This document shows positions 1 through 30,291 of a stretch of DNA of 64,000 bases, piece by piece. Origin of the DNA: the human T2T-CHM13v2.0 reference genome, Homo sapiens. A program made the position numbers and the translations under genes. The stretch lies in the NCBI RefSeq assembly GCF_009914755.1, contig NC_060925.1; one strand, written 5' to 3'. The notes beneath the pieces are model-generated. The model was not told where the DNA came from, searched no databases, and worked only from the letters and a program-made list of their open reading frames with translations. Numbering within the stretch: the first letter of the stretch is position 1; every line of letters starts with the position of its first letter.

Positions 1-5753
<5,753 letters not shown>

Positions 5754-6315
5754 CCAGCCACCCATTTCTAAAGTTGAGATACTTCAAAAGTATTATGGAT
5801 GTCTCTCACATAATCTCATCTAATAGAAAGATTATCTTTTTTAGACAGTAGCAGAAACAGCAGTTTTAGTTTGCAAAAGAAACACTTTAACTGGATATTA
5901 GTGGCCAAGTAAAAAAATTAAGTAAATAAAAGACGTAGTAAATCCCTAAACCAAATTGGGCATGAGGCGTGGGAAAAGCTGCTATGTTTCCAGAATCCAA
6001 TATACTTTGCCCCTGGCTTGCATGATACTGTTACAATGAACTGTTTCACTTGCAACAGTCATTTCAAAGCATATACGATGCTTTCACTGTATTAAGGATT
6101 TTAACATATTTTGTCTTCTTTATCCTGGTATATCTGGGGAAGTGGTAAACAGCAAATGTGAGCCTTTAAAATCTAGTGATATCTTCAAGACATTTTTGTT
6201 AGTTTATAAGATATCTGAACAAGAAAATCTGCAACAAGAGAGCCTAAAGAAATCTGATCTAATACAGATCTGATACAGATCACCTGGGCTTGGTTGTTAC
6301 ACAATTATACCCTGG

Positions 6316-7625
<1,310 letters not shown>

Positions 7626-7736
7626 CCTCTGCCCATCAGGCTTTGGGTTATTAGATGGATTTCTGGACTGGTAACGTTCTCAGCCCCACCTGTACCTTAG
7701 ACTGTTGCTTGGAGAGCTTTTACAAAATACCATTGT

Positions 7737-7930
7737 TGAGAACACTTGGACACAGGGTGGGGAACATCACATGCCAGGGCCTGTTGTGGGGTGGGGGGAG
7801 GGGGGAGGGATGGCATTAGGAGATATACCTAATGTAAATGATGAGTTAATGGATGCAGCACACCAATGTGGCACATGTATACATATGTAACAAACCTGCA
7901 CGTTGTGCACATGTACCCTAGAACTTAAAG

Positions 7931-7970
<40 letters not shown>
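7737..7970 (+). mobile_element. L1PA 3'UTR fragment with (TAA)n tail, inserted in a MER5-like DNA transposon remnant (~7670-8080)
   Basis: G-rich L1 3'UTR ...gtaccctagaacttaaagtataataata; flanks resemble MER5 (ttctcag...gagaaccactg). Confidence 0.8.
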
Positions 7971-8106
7971 TTGGCCTTATCCCAGTGATTCTCTGATTTC
8001 TTTGGTCTGGGGTGGGACTTAACTATCAATATTAATCTTCCCTAGTGAGGCTAATGTGCAGCCGTGATGGAGAACCACTGAACCATAAGCAATTTTTGCT
8101 TATTGA

Positions 8107-16950
<8,844 letters not shown>

Positions 16951-17142
16951 AGAAAATACATTTCTCATTAAAACCTCTAATTTCTCAATAAATACATTTT
17001 TATTTTCGTCTAACTCATTCTGAGTCATATTCTTTTTCAAATTTGGCACCTATTCTAAAGAATATGTGTTAGCCAGAAGGTAGAATCCAAGAGGTAATAT
17101 TTCCCTCACTAAACATTTAAATCTGTTTTTCCTCTTGCCTAG

Positions 17143-17217
17143 GAAAATGAATTACAATGAACTAACAGAAATCCCGTATTTTGGAGAACCTACATCTAAT
17201 ATTACTCTACTTTCATT
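17143..17217 (+). CDS. LRIG2: LRIG2 exon 3 (75 nt, KMNYNELTEIPYFGEPTSNITLLSL)
   Basis: cctag|G acceptor; TT|gtaagt donor. Confidence 0.94.
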
Positions 17218-17366
17218 GTAAGTTAGTAAGTTTTCAGGTTTTTTACTTAAATTATGAAAAGTATACATTTTTTTTTTAAAGCACATATATTGTTGATTCT
17301 AATTAACATTTTTGTGGCCTGGGGTGGATCAGTGGCAGCAGCTTCATTATAATCTTTGTTTTACAG

Positions 17367-17501
17367 AGTCCATAATATAATCCCAGAAATAAATGCACAG
17401 GCACTCCAGTTTTACCCTGCTCTGGAGAGTTTAGACCTCAGCTCAAATATAATATCAGAAATCAAGACATCTTCATTTCCTCGCATGCAGCTTAAATACC
17501 T
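17367..17501 (+). CDS. LRIG2: LRIG2 exon 4 (135 nt, VHNIIPEINAQ...RMQLKYL)
   Basis: ttacag|A acceptor; CT|gtaagt donor; LRR motif LESLDLSSNII. Confidence 0.95.
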
Positions 17502-17548
17502 GTAAGTAACACAGATTAAATTAGATTTACTTTAAAGCACATGTTTAT

Positions 17549-17740
17549 GGGGACTGTTGTGGGGTGGGGGGAGGGGGCAGGGATAGCACTGGGAGATATA
17601 CCTAATGCTAGATGACGAGTTAGTGGGTGCAGCGCACCAGCATGGCACATGTATACATATGTAACTAACCTGCACATTGTGCACATGTACCCTAAAACTT
17701 AAAGTATAATAATAATAAATAAATAAAAATAAAATAAAAT
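17549..17740 (+). mobile_element. Young (L1PA2-like) 5'-truncated L1 3' end in intron 4
   Basis: ctagatgacGAGttagtggg and ccctaaaacttaaagtataa; perfect 15-bp TSD aaagcacatgtttat at 17534-17548 and 17741-17755. Confidence 0.9.
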
Positions 17741-18275
17741 AAAGCACATGTTTATTATTCATCAGTACCTATCCAAAAATATTTGGTTATTTATTGTGCT
17801 TTTTATATGCATATGTGAGACAAACCTAGAGTTGGTGTGTTGGGTGGTTGGCTTTGCCACTCACCCCACAAGCCCCCTAAAGAAAGATCGCACTATTGTC
17901 AGAAAATATTGGTAGATATCAAGGGTAATTTTGAGATTCAATTTTGTTTGTTTTTTTTTGAACCAAGCTTTCTAAAAGGTAAATAGAGATTTGTTAAACA
18001 ATGGCTTACTGTATATAATGATAATTAGCATGTGTGCCAGTGTTTTCCAGTTTACAAAGCATATTCACACATGCTGTTTTGTAACAACCTAAATGAAGTA
18101 GGTAGCTTCTTAATTTTGTAGATGAAGAAACAGAACAGTTAAATGATTTATAAAGTTGTGGATGGGCATTAAGTGATAGAGCTGGGGGCTTAGACATAGA
18201 TTTTTGGCAGCTTTCTAGTGGTAGAATTTTTATTTTACCAAATTTTTTCTTTTGCTATTATCTTGTTTATTTTAG

Positions 18276-18419
18276 GAATTTAAGTAATAACAGAATAACC
18301 ACCTTGGAGGCTGGTTGCTTCGATAATTTATCAAGTTCCTTATTAGTGGTAAAGTTAAACCGTAACCGAATGAGCATGATTCCACCTAAGATCTTCAAGC
18401 TGCCTCACCTCCAATTCTT
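18276..18419 (+). CDS. LRIG2: LRIG2 exon 5 (144 nt, NLSNNRITTLE...LPHLQFL)
   Basis: tttag|G acceptor; TT|gtgagt donor; two LRRs. Confidence 0.95.
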
Positions 18420-18548
18420 GTGAGTAACGAAATAGACGGATTATAAGAAGATAGTTTTTTCTTACAGGGTCTTTTTCTTTTTAATTTAATTACTGTTAGA
18501 ACATTTTAGCAAACCAATTTCCTGACTGTAAAACTATTTTTGTTAAAG

Positions 18549-18692
18549 GGAACTTAAAAGAAACAGAATTAAAATTGTGGAAGGTCTTACATTCCAAGGG
18601 CTTGACTCCTTAAGATCTTTGAAAATGCAGCGGAATGGAATTAGCAAACTTAAGGATGGAGCATTTTTTGGCTTGAATAACATGGAAGAACT
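18549..18692 (+). CDS. LRIG2: LRIG2 exon 6 (144 nt, [12 protein letters not shown]...NNMEEL)
   Basis: ttaaag|G acceptor; CT|gtaagt donor. Confidence 0.95.
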
Positions 18693-19342
18693 GTAAGTAC
18701 TCGGGACTAGAGGTGATTATTAGGAAAGTAGTCTGTTTGGGACTTTTCAGTGTCGAATGGCTAGGGTAGTTGTTCTGATTATAGAGATACATTCATTCAT
18801 TCCCTGGTCACTGATGTGAAGTAAGCGTACATAAAACCTTTAAAGTTTTGTTAGCTAACTGATCAATTTTGAAATAATTCTTACAAACTTCTCATCTAAA
18901 AAGTTTATATATATATATATATATATTTTTTTTGAGATGGAGTCTCACTCTTGCCCAGGCTGGAGTGCAATGGTGTGATCTCAGCTCCTGCAACCTCTGC
19001 CTCCAGGTTCAAGTGACTCTCCTGTCTCAGCCTCCTGAGTAGCTGGGATTACAGGCGTGTGCCACCAGGCCCGGCTGATTTTTGTATTTTTAGTAGAGAT
19101 GGGGTTTCACCATGTTGGTCAGGCTGATCTCGAACTCCTGACCTCATGATCCACCCACCTTGGCCTCCCAAAGTGCTGTGATTACAGGCATGAGCCACCG
19201 TGCCCGGCCAAAAAGTTTATATTCTTAATGTTTTGGCTAATGAAAATTACCAGAATTTATCCAAACAGGTATACTATACCACTTGGCCTGTTGGTTTTGT
19301 AGAGCTCCTATTTTAGACAGTCTTACTACCTTCTAGCACTAA

Positions 19343-19582
<240 letters not shown>

Positions 19583-19812
19583 TGATCCGCCCACCTCGGC
19601 CTCCCAAAGTGCTGGGATTACAGGCATGAGCCACTGTGCCCGGCCAAGCACTAAATCTTAAATAAGATATTCATTTTTATTGAATAGAATTGGTCAGCTC
19701 AGTTGGGTTGAACAAAGGTATATGCTTCTCTGGGAAAAACTTAAGATTTAAAGCTAGTTATTGAACTGCCTTGTTTTGGAACGTATTTTCTTCTCTTTCT
19801 CTAATTCTGCAG

Positions 19813-19956
19813 AGAACTGGAACACAACAACCTTACACGAGTAAACAAGGGGTGGTTGTATGGCTTGCGAATGTTACAGCAGCTCTATGTGAGCCAGAAT
19901 GCTATTGAAAGAATCAGCCCTGATGCATGGGAGTTCTGCCAAAGACTATCCGAACT
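19813..19956 (+). CDS. LRIG2: LRIG2 exon 7 (144 nt, ELEHNNLTRV...CQRLSEL)
   Basis: ctgcag|A acceptor; CT|gtaagt donor. Confidence 0.95.
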
Positions 19957-20160
19957 GTAAGTGTTGGATAGCATTTCACTGGAGGCAGTTAAGACTAGAG
20001 CAGATTGGAATAAATCATTCCCATGGGCAGTAATGAGATGTAACATCCCTCTTTACTAGAAATTTGTAGAAAGCTCTAAATTTACCATGTAGATATAATA
20101 AGAATTGTAAGTTGAACCAAATACAATGAATTCCTTACCTTCCACATTTCTTGTTTTCAG

Positions 20161-20304
20161 TGATTTGTCCTATAACCAGCTGACCCGCCTGGATGAATCT
20201 GCCTTTGTGGGTCTGAGCTTATTGGAGAGATTGAATTTAGGAGACAACAGAGTCACTCATATTGCTGATGGTGTATTTAGATTTCTTTCCAATCTTCAGA
20301 CATT
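20161..20304 (+). CDS. LRIG2: LRIG2 exon 8 (144 nt, DLSYNQLTRL...LSNLQTL)
   Basis: ttttcag|T acceptor; TT|gtaagt donor; matches ORF 20126..20308. Confidence 0.96.
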
Positions 20305-22436
20305 GTAAGTATATCCATTCTCCTTTTTGGTTGTTGTTACTGATTTTTTTAGTACAATAAAGCAAATTAATTAAAACAACTAATCAGTCTGCAAATTCTG
20401 TATGCTAACATTTTGTGGTTCTTCTGTCCTATGCCTCAGAGCAAGGCAGTCTTATTTGTCTCCATCCCCATAAAAATCCCAAGCCTGTCGTAGGCAATTC
20501 AGTTTGTAGTTTAATTCTGAGTTAATCCCATAAGCATCAAAGCATGTCTTATTGTGTTAGTTGCTGTGGAATAAAACACAGTTGCTAGTGTCAGGAGAGC
20601 AGTCATTTTCTTGTTCCTTTGACTTTGACAATACACCAGAGCTACTAGTTCTCATTCGAAAGGATGCAGGTTGTGTAGTGGGAACTGCCGTGGTAGGAGA
20701 CCAGTTCACTGTTACTGGTTTGCTACATGACTTTGGACAGAAGAAACTAATACTTATTATCTGATATGTGCCAGGTACTTTCAAATACTAGGATGATACT
20801 GCTGTTTTCCATATTAGGAGGCTGAGGTTCAGAGAAATTTAAATAATTTTCTCTAAGTCACATAGCTTGTAAATGTTGGGCCAGAATCAGATCCCAGGTC
20901 TGTTTGATGCTAAAGCTCATGTCCATTTTATCATACCAACAGAAGAACAAAATCACTTAGCTTTTCCTGGCCATCATTTTTTTTTCTCCTTTATACGGTG
21001 AAGGAAGGATATAGGATTAGATGGTTGCTAAAGGCAGTTTCCACGCTAAAATTCTGTGGTTCTGTAAGTTATTCAATTTACAGAATATAAGAATGTGTTT
21101 TTATGAACTTTATATATTTATATATAAATATATCTAATTTTAGAATATAATTTTATTAAATGAAGTGGTATTTTAATGAAATATAGTAATCTCAAACACA
21201 GAGCAGAATAAAAGAAAACAAAGAGTAATTAGTAGAATTTGTAGATTCTTAAGCTTCCTGAATAGAGGACTTTGTGGTCATTAGGTTTCGAGTTGAAATG
21301 GTTCAGAGAAGAGGCAGGTTCCCAACTTGGAGACATAACCATCAATGAGAGGGAAAACAAGATAATTTTGTGAAGGTATATACATGCACAGGTGTGTATT
21401 TGATTTTTTAAAAAATTCCTTTAGATTTGGCCTTGAAAAATTAAAAGTGATTGTATTTTTCCTTTTCCTATATTATCAGAAGTGAAACTGGATCAATGCA
21501 ATCTCAGAAACTTAGATGTAGCTGCAGCCTTTTGGCAGTTGAAGGGATGGCAAATAGGTTATTTTAGTATACCACTGATTATTACTTTTAGAATTAAAGT
21601 TTTGGGAAGTAATAGCAGAAGTAAATGGTTGTGTAGTGCCACAGAGATAGTTAAGACAGAGTTAGGATCAAATCTGGGGAATTCTGGCTTTAGCCTCATG
21701 CTCTTGCCAGGGTAGATACAGTTCTTAATTTGTTGAATGGTTTCTATTTATGCTGTGCTGTGGAGGAGGGGGAAAATCCTGAAGAGTTGAGCCATTGGTT
21801 CTTTCATTATTTATTCCTTAGTAAAATAAAATGAGCTTTATTAGCTTTTCACTTAAAGAAAGCTAAGTGAAACAGGGATCTCCTCTTTACTGCTAATCAC
21901 ACAACTCTACATGTCCCTTATAAAGTAGAAAGCTTTGTGCTTTATTATGAGATGACTTAAGGAAGCAAAAGCGATTAAATATTTTTAATTATATGGAAAT
22001 AATTCTTTTATCATAACATGATGTGGTACAATTGCATTTCCTCTGAGAATGGAACAGTGAATTTTAGGAGATCCATACTTTCCCTTTGAAAGAAAATCTG
22101 ATGACACGCTAACACATGGGTTTATCATTTTTGCTTCCCATGGGGCATCTTTAATTGCTCTTGAGCAATGAAACTGTATTGATATTACTCTCTGTCAGCC
22201 ATTGTAAGTTCAAGGTCCCAGAGGAAGGCTTGGGTCACCCAGAAATCCCGTTAATCTGAAATCAGATTTATAAGCCATATACCCTGCATCTTGAAACCCT
22301 CCTGCTCTTTTCAGGACCCTGTTTATAATTTTTAATATGCTAACATAATGAAGGGCTCTTTGCTTGGAAGAGTAATACTTTTAGCAGGTTGCTTTATTTA
22401 CCAAGGCCAGCTTAATTCTTAGCTTATAAGAATCAG

Positions 22437-22490
22437 TTCTTACGTGTTTATTACAGATATTTCTTACGTGTTTATTACAGATATTTCTTA
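22437..22490. repeat. Perfect 24-bp tandem duplication ttcttacgtgtttattacagatat x2
   Basis: 22437-22460 is identical to 22461-22484, followed by a partial third copy ttctta. Confidence 0.95.
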
Positions 22491-22641
22491 AGAAGCAGAG
22501 TTGAGCCTTCATCATAAATAACTGTTAAAGTAAGGATCAGAATTAGCATGTGTACCTTGACATCACCATACCAGGATACTGCTCAATGTTGTGATGGTTG
22601 TATTGACTAATAGCACCTGTCTTTCTCTGACATTTTTGTAG

Positions 22642-22722
22642 AGACTTAAGAAACAATGAAATTTCATGGGCCATAGAAGATGCTAGTGAAGCCTTTGCTG
22701 GACTCACAAGTCTCACTAAACT
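22642..22722 (+). CDS. LRIG2: LRIG2 exon 9 (81 nt, DLRNNEISWAIEDASEAFAGLTSLTKL)
   Basis: tttgtag|A acceptor; CT|gtatgt donor. Confidence 0.95.
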
Positions 22723-22756
22723 GTATGTATTATAATATTTATGTATGTCTACATAG

Positions 22757-23092
<336 letters not shown>

Positions 23093-23346
23093 TGAACTCC
23101 TGACCTCGTGATCTGCCTGCTTCAGCCTCCCAAAGTGCCCGGATTATAGGTATGAGCCACTGAACTTGGCTGGTTTTTTTCTTTTTTTTTTTTTTTTTTT
23201 TTGAGACAGGGTCTTGCTCTGTCACCCAGGCTGGAGTGCTGTGGTGCAATCACAGCTCACAGCAGCTTCAACCTCCTAGGCTCAAGTGATCTCCCACCTT
23301 GGCCTCCTAAGGAGCTAGGACTAAAGGTGTGTATCACCATGCCTAG

Positions 23347-23601
<255 letters not shown>

Positions 23602-24157
23602 TAAAAGGAATGCATTGAGAAAGTAGAGTAATGTGTTGGTAATCTGTTTAATTTGTAGTTTGTTTAATTGTAGGAGATTTGTGAGTAATTTATCTAGCAG
23701 AAGTAGAGCATTCTCTCACATAAGATTTTAGATCTTTTCCCATGAGAAGAATTTCTCCAAAGGTTCACACTTGTCTGAATTTCTTTCATCTGACAATCTT
23801 TTGCTCTGAATGGAGACATGAGGAATATAATGAATTTAACATCTGAAAATTACCAGTTTATCAGTGGTCAAGATGGTTGTTCACCTCATTGAGCTTTAAC
23901 ATCTTGATAGACACTTTTATGCTATGTTTTGCATTGATTAATAATTAAATTTCATAACTTTCTTAAAAATGCACGTTCTCATCAAATTGTACACATTAAA
24001 TATGTGTAGTTTTTAGTATATCAATTGTACCTCAGTAAAGCTGTTAAGTATATAAAAAAGTACGCTACGCTTATTTTCACTTTTTATAGGTAAATGTTTA
24101 ATGAATTTAATTTTGTTTAGTGGAGAGCTTTCTTAGAAAGATCTGTTTATATTTCAG

Positions 24158-24229
24158 AATCTTACAAGGAAACCAGATTAAGTCAATTACAAAGAAAGCA
24201 TTCATTGGTCTTGAATCCCTTGAGCATCT
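24158..24229 (+). CDS. LRIG2: LRIG2 exon 10 (72 nt, ILQGNQIKSITKKAFIGLESLEHL)
   Basis: tttcag|A acceptor; CT|gtaagt donor; one 24-aa LRR. Confidence 0.95.
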
Positions 24230-24366
24230 GTAAGTATTTTGCATACATTTTGCTTACTCTATAAATAATCTTTGCTATTAGCAGAGGTTTTCATGACCAT
24301 GTAAAGTGTTTATGTAACTTGATATAGAAATGGTGACTGATAATGTTTCATTTCTCTTTATTTCAG

Positions 24367-24435
24367 AGATTTGAACAATAATGCTATAATGTCTATCCAA
24401 GAAAATGCTTTTTCTCAGACTCATTTAAAAGAACT
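24367..24435 (+). CDS. LRIG2: LRIG2 exon 11 (69 nt, DLNNNAIMSIQENAFSQTHLKEL)
   Basis: tttcag|A acceptor; CT|gtaagt donor. Confidence 0.95.
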
Positions 24436-25604
24436 GTAAGTAACTTGTCTTTTTAAAATCACCAGTTGGATCATTGTTCCTGCTTGTTGTGCTTAAAGTG
24501 TGATGGGAGTGACCCAAGTTATTTCCAAAAGCACACAGTTCAGGCAGGAAAAAAGAAAGTATTAATACTCAGTTATTTAAGCGGCTAGAGGTAATTTTAA
24601 AATAGCCAACATTGAAAAGCCCAGAGTGTGTGGCACCAAGACCTTCTGTTTTGCCTGTTCTACCAATGCTTATAATTAGGAGACCTCAGCACTGCTCCTT
24701 ATGCTTTATGTATACCCTACTGTTCCTTTTTGGATTATCAGAAACATGTGTTACCAGTTCTTAACACCTTGTGTGGGTTACAATAAAGGTATTATGTGAT
24801 TTTGTTTTATAGTTTCCGAGGTGATTTAACAGTTAGTATAATTGTCAGAGACGGTTCTCTAACCTGTTCAAACTACTAAAATGTCAAAATAGACAAGTGT
24901 GTGTATGTATCATTTTATACCCTTTTTCATTGATGAGTTTTAAAAATTGTTCTTACTGGTTTCGAGATTTCCCTAGGGGATTGGAGGTTAGTTGGGCATT
25001 GGTATTATTTATATTTATATATTTTTATATATTTTTGGAGACAGTCTTACTCTATCCCCTAGGCTGGAGTGCAGTGGTGCGATCTCGGCCCACTGCAACC
25101 TCTGCCTCCTGGGTTCAAGTGGTTCTCACCTCAGCCTCCTGAGTAGCTGGGATTACAGGCGCCTGCCACCACACCCGGCTAATGTTTGTATTTTTAGTAG
25201 AGACAGGGTTTCGCCATGTTGGCCAGCTGGTCTCGAACTCCTGACCTCAGGTGATCTGTCTGCTTCAGCCTCCCAAAGTGTTGGGATTACAGGCGTGAGC
25301 CACCGGTCCCGCCTGGTATTATTTTTAAACTCTATTGATTCAAATATGCAGTCAGGGGTAAGAACCACTAGATTATAGAAATTATTTTGCCTTGCCTGGG
25401 AAGCTACTCAAAGGATACTCTGTGGAGCAGAACTGGTTGATGAGAAGATAAGGATAGAAATGCAGAATAAGCCTTTAGAAACTTTTAGAACAATTTTACA
25501 TTACTGTGACACTTTTGTTGTAGTTTATAAAAGTATTAGTCTGCAGTGGATTGGAAATTTAAAAGACTGGTCCTTACCATGGATAATTTGAGATGCACTG
25601 GAAA

Positions 25605-26120
25605 TGTGTGAGTTTTCAAACTGCCTAGGTTCAAATCCTTACTCCATTCCTTACAACTGTGTGATAATGGGCAAACTGTTAGCCTATGACTCAGTTTCTG
25701 TTCCCAGAATGGGAATAGCACCTCCCTCAGGGTTATGTGAAGATAAAGTGAGATAACTTGTTTACTCAAATATTTATTCATCATCTGCTATGTAGGATAC
25801 TGTTCTGGATGATGAAAACATTAGTGCACAAGACAGAGTCTCTGTACTCATAGCATATTACAGTAAATCCTAGTGAGGAAGATAAATAATAGACCAGTAG
25901 ATATATAATATCTCATCAGGTAACAACTGAAGAAAAAAAAAACTAAGTCAAAGGTATGAAGAGTGGTGGGGATTGCTATTTTAGATAAAGCAGTGAGGGG
26001 AAACTCTTTTGAAGATACAGCATTTGAACCAGGACCTTAATGAAATGGCAAACCATGTGAACACTGGGTGAATGGCTTTCCAGGCACAAGGAGTAGGAAG
26101 TAAAATGAGTTTAGAGAGTT
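25605..26120. mobile_element. MIR followed by L2-like fragment
   Basis: ctgcctaggttcaaatcc..ctgtgtga..gggcaa..ctcagtttc..gggaatagcacc (MIR core); caaatatttatt..catctgctatgt..tactgttctgg (L2). Confidence 0.6.
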
Positions 26121-26236
26121 AAGCAGAGTAGAATAATTAAATATCTACAATTTTTTTGATATTAATCATCTTATTTCTCATTAGTCGTTCTCTTCATTTG
26201 TTCCAGTATTTTTTTTTTAATTTATTTTTTTTTTGA

Positions 26237-26338
<102 letters not shown>

Positions 26339-26438
26339 TGAGTAGCTGGGACTACAGGTGCCCCCCAACCACACCCGGTTAATTTTTTTGTATTTTTAGT
26401 TGAGATGAGGTTTCACTGTGTTAGCCAGGATGGTCTCA

Positions 26439-26555
<117 letters not shown>

Positions 26556-27098
26556 CTAACTTACCTTTTTTGTTGTTCTTGAAAAGCATATCGAATTTAC
26601 AGTTTTAATAGGTCCAACAATAAAATTATGTTCATATTTTTCTTTTTAAAGAGAGAGTTAGGAGGCAGATCATAATAGACCATGAGGAATTAGGATTTTT
26701 GCTTTCTTGTATGCATTAGGAAACTGGAGGGTTTTGAGAAAATGCTCAGCACAGAGCTTGGCACAGAGTAGAAGCTGAGTAATGTTAACAATAAAAACTA
26801 AAATTAAAATGTTATGAAAATCATCATAGTTATTTTCTGCCAGATTTTTAAAGTAGATATTTTGATCTGTTGAGATATTTTGAGTTATTTCTCATAGGCT
26901 TAGTTTAATTATAAGTTGTGACTTACTACAAATTAGTATACTCCGCCCCCCTCCTTTTTTTTTTGCCAGTGATAACCTGAGAGCTGGCAAGAAAGTTTTA
27001 ACTGTTACAAGAACTCAGTTTAACATAAAATTTAAACAGTAGGTCAAAGCAAATATTGCAGTCTCAATCTTCAGAGAGTCATTTAGTAATTTGAGAGT

Positions 27099-27554
27099 TG
27101 TCACAAAGATTCTTTGCTTGACCAACCCGTAGGCAAGCCCTTAAACCTTCTCCTAGGCCTAGCTGTGTAAAATCCAATTTTAGCACAAACCCCGTAAAAC
27201 CAGTTTAGCAAGAACTCTTCCTCATTGTAGACCATTCCCAGGTGATGTCTGATCACCCTGGCCTGTCTTCAGCAAGAATCCTGTTAGGGTTTAGCCAGAG
27301 TCTTCCTTACTCTGGATGTTATTTTTTAGTAATTTCACATCCACTGAGTGGGATGAAAGCAAACCCACCTTGCTCCTTGGCTATACTTGCCCTTGCTGTT
27401 TCCCTACTGTCTCTCCCTCACTGAGTCGAACCCAGTCTCTCTCCCCAGCTGCAACATCACATTGCCGTGGTCCCTATATCTATTGAGATGATCCTGAATA
27501 ACGTCTACCTTACCATGCTTTAACAAGTATCACTGAGTAATTTTTTATTTAACA
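27099..27554 (+). mobile_element. ERV1-class LTR (MER67/MER31-like)
   Basis: caaagattctttgcttgaccaa...aaaatccaattttagca...tcagcaagaatcctgttagg; ends ...tttaaca and is immediately followed by a PBS-like sequence. Confidence 0.7.
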
Positions 27555-28465
27555 GTTACGGTGCTGTGACTCCGATAGGATCAGATTCATCATTGGACCC
27601 CCAGACCTCTCACCCAGGACCCCAAGTGTGCACCTTTGAAGCCATTGTCTTCACTCCTGACTGATAGATCGGGGATCCAATGGTGAGTCAGACTAACGAA
27701 CCATTGCTCCGGACAAACATCTGTTGAAGCTGGTAAGGAAAGATTTCGATTCTCAAGATTGTGAATATATTCTCTGGAGTTGGGCTAGAGGCCAGACTTC
27801 TTTTGAAAGGTACCTCCTGGGCTTGAAGGTCTTCTTCCTGGCTCTCTTTCCTGAGTGGGGTTTATTCCCTGACTCCCTGGACTAAAAGTCCTTGGAACTC
27901 TGTGAGGCTACTCTGTTGTCTCTAATGGATCCTACTTCTCCCATGGCAATTTCTCTGGCATCTGAATCCCCTCTGTTTGAGCCCCTGCTAACTATATTGC
28001 TCCACCACTGGTTCTGTCCACCTCCTCCTTGTTGGACCTTTATTGGCCTGTTTGGAATACTTAAGATCTCCCCAGACTGCATCCTGTAAGCTGTCTTTCT
28101 TCCCATTGCTACTGCTCCTTATTCCTCCTCTTACCACCTTTAATGTTCCTTCCAGTTCCCTTGAGCCCTTTGATATGACTCCCTTCAAATTCTTACATCC
28201 TCCATCCATCTGTCCACCCACTGCTAGACTTTTTCCTTCTCATTCTGGACTCTTTGTCACTGGGACTGTAGGCCCCCCACCCTTCCTGGGGATCTCTCAG
28301 GGGACTTGGGGACTCCCAAAAGTAATGACTTGGGTTGAAAAGGAAAAAGAACAATTGGAAATAGCCTAAGTATTTTATCTACACTCAGATGGGCTTTGGA
28401 GATATCCAGACAGCCCCTAGATGTCTCTTCAGCCTCCATGAGATTACACATCATGGCAAAATAAA
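27555..28465 (+). mobile_element. ERV internal leader and degenerate gag-region remnant with tRNA-His-like primer binding site
   Basis: 27559-27576 cggtgctgtgactccgat matches the His PBS tggtgccgtgactcggat at 15/18; donor-like tg|gtgagt at ~27682; pyrimidine/Pro-rich segment downstream. Confidence 0.6.
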
Positions 28466-28509
28466 AGTCTTTTTTTTTTTTTGAGATGGAGTCTCCCTCT
28501 GTCACATAG

Positions 28510-28653
<144 letters not shown>

Positions 28654-28982
28654 TGACCTCATCCAATTTATGTTTTCTTAGGTATAATATAAGCTGGACT
28701 CAAAAGACCTGGGCCCATATCCTAACTCTACCATTTATTTTAGACGTGATACTGAATGCCTCCAAAATCTCAGTTTCCATTTCTAGAAAATGGAATTGAA
28801 AATGCCTACCTCAACCGGGCGCGATGGCTCATGTCTGTAATCCCAGTACTTTGGGAGGCCGAGGCGGGCAGATCACGAGGTCATGAGTTCGAGACCAGCC
28901 TGGCCAATATGGTGAAACCCTGTCTCTACTAAAAATACAAAAATTAACCAGGCGTGGTGGCATGTGCCTGTAATCCCAGCTA

Positions 28983-29151
<169 letters not shown>

Positions 29152-29957
29152 TTAATTCACAGTAGCTTCCTTCACTTCTATGTCTTTTGCTTCTTTCCAT
29201 TCTTCATATACTAACCAAATCCTGAGCACAAGTACTTAACAGAGTATACGGTATTCTCTCAACAAATGTGTGGATAGATTATACTAAAATATTGCTAGTG
29301 GTTGTCTTTGAGTAGTGAGGATTTGAGGAGCTTTCTCTCCCTCTTGGTTTAGTGGTACTTTCTAATTTTCTACTATAATTATATAACTTTAATGGAAAGT
29401 ATTTTAAAATTTATATGCAAGTTTTTCATACACCTCCTGTTATTGATGCAAAGCCTTGTGGGGAATACCAAAAAGTATAGAGGGATTTTAATAAATGTTG
29501 ACCTAAAAAGTATTATAAATATGACTTTTAAAGTAACCAAAAGCAACCAACAATTCTCAGTAAAAAAGTTGCATTAGAGCCAGGTGTGGTGGCTCATGCC
29601 TGTAATCCCAGATACTCAGAAAGCTCAGGTGGGAGGATCCTCTGAGTCCAGGAGTTAGAGACCAGTCTGGGCAACACAGCAAGTTCCTGTCTCAAAACAC
29701 AGTTGCGTTAAAGTTCCTGCAATAGCAGTTTGTTCAAACCAACTGTTAGAGAAAAAATTACTCAATGAAACTTGTTAAAGCATTATAAAAGCATAGTAAT
29801 CTTTGCCAGTGCCCCTCTTGTTTAATAACAATATGTCAACTTTGAACAGTTGAACAATGTAAGTCAATTTTTTTCATTCTTAAAATTGAAACTTTGCCAG
29901 GCATGGTGGCTCACGCCTGTAATCCGAGCACTCTGGGAGGCCAAGGCAGGTGGATCA

Positions 29958-30291
<334 letters not shown>

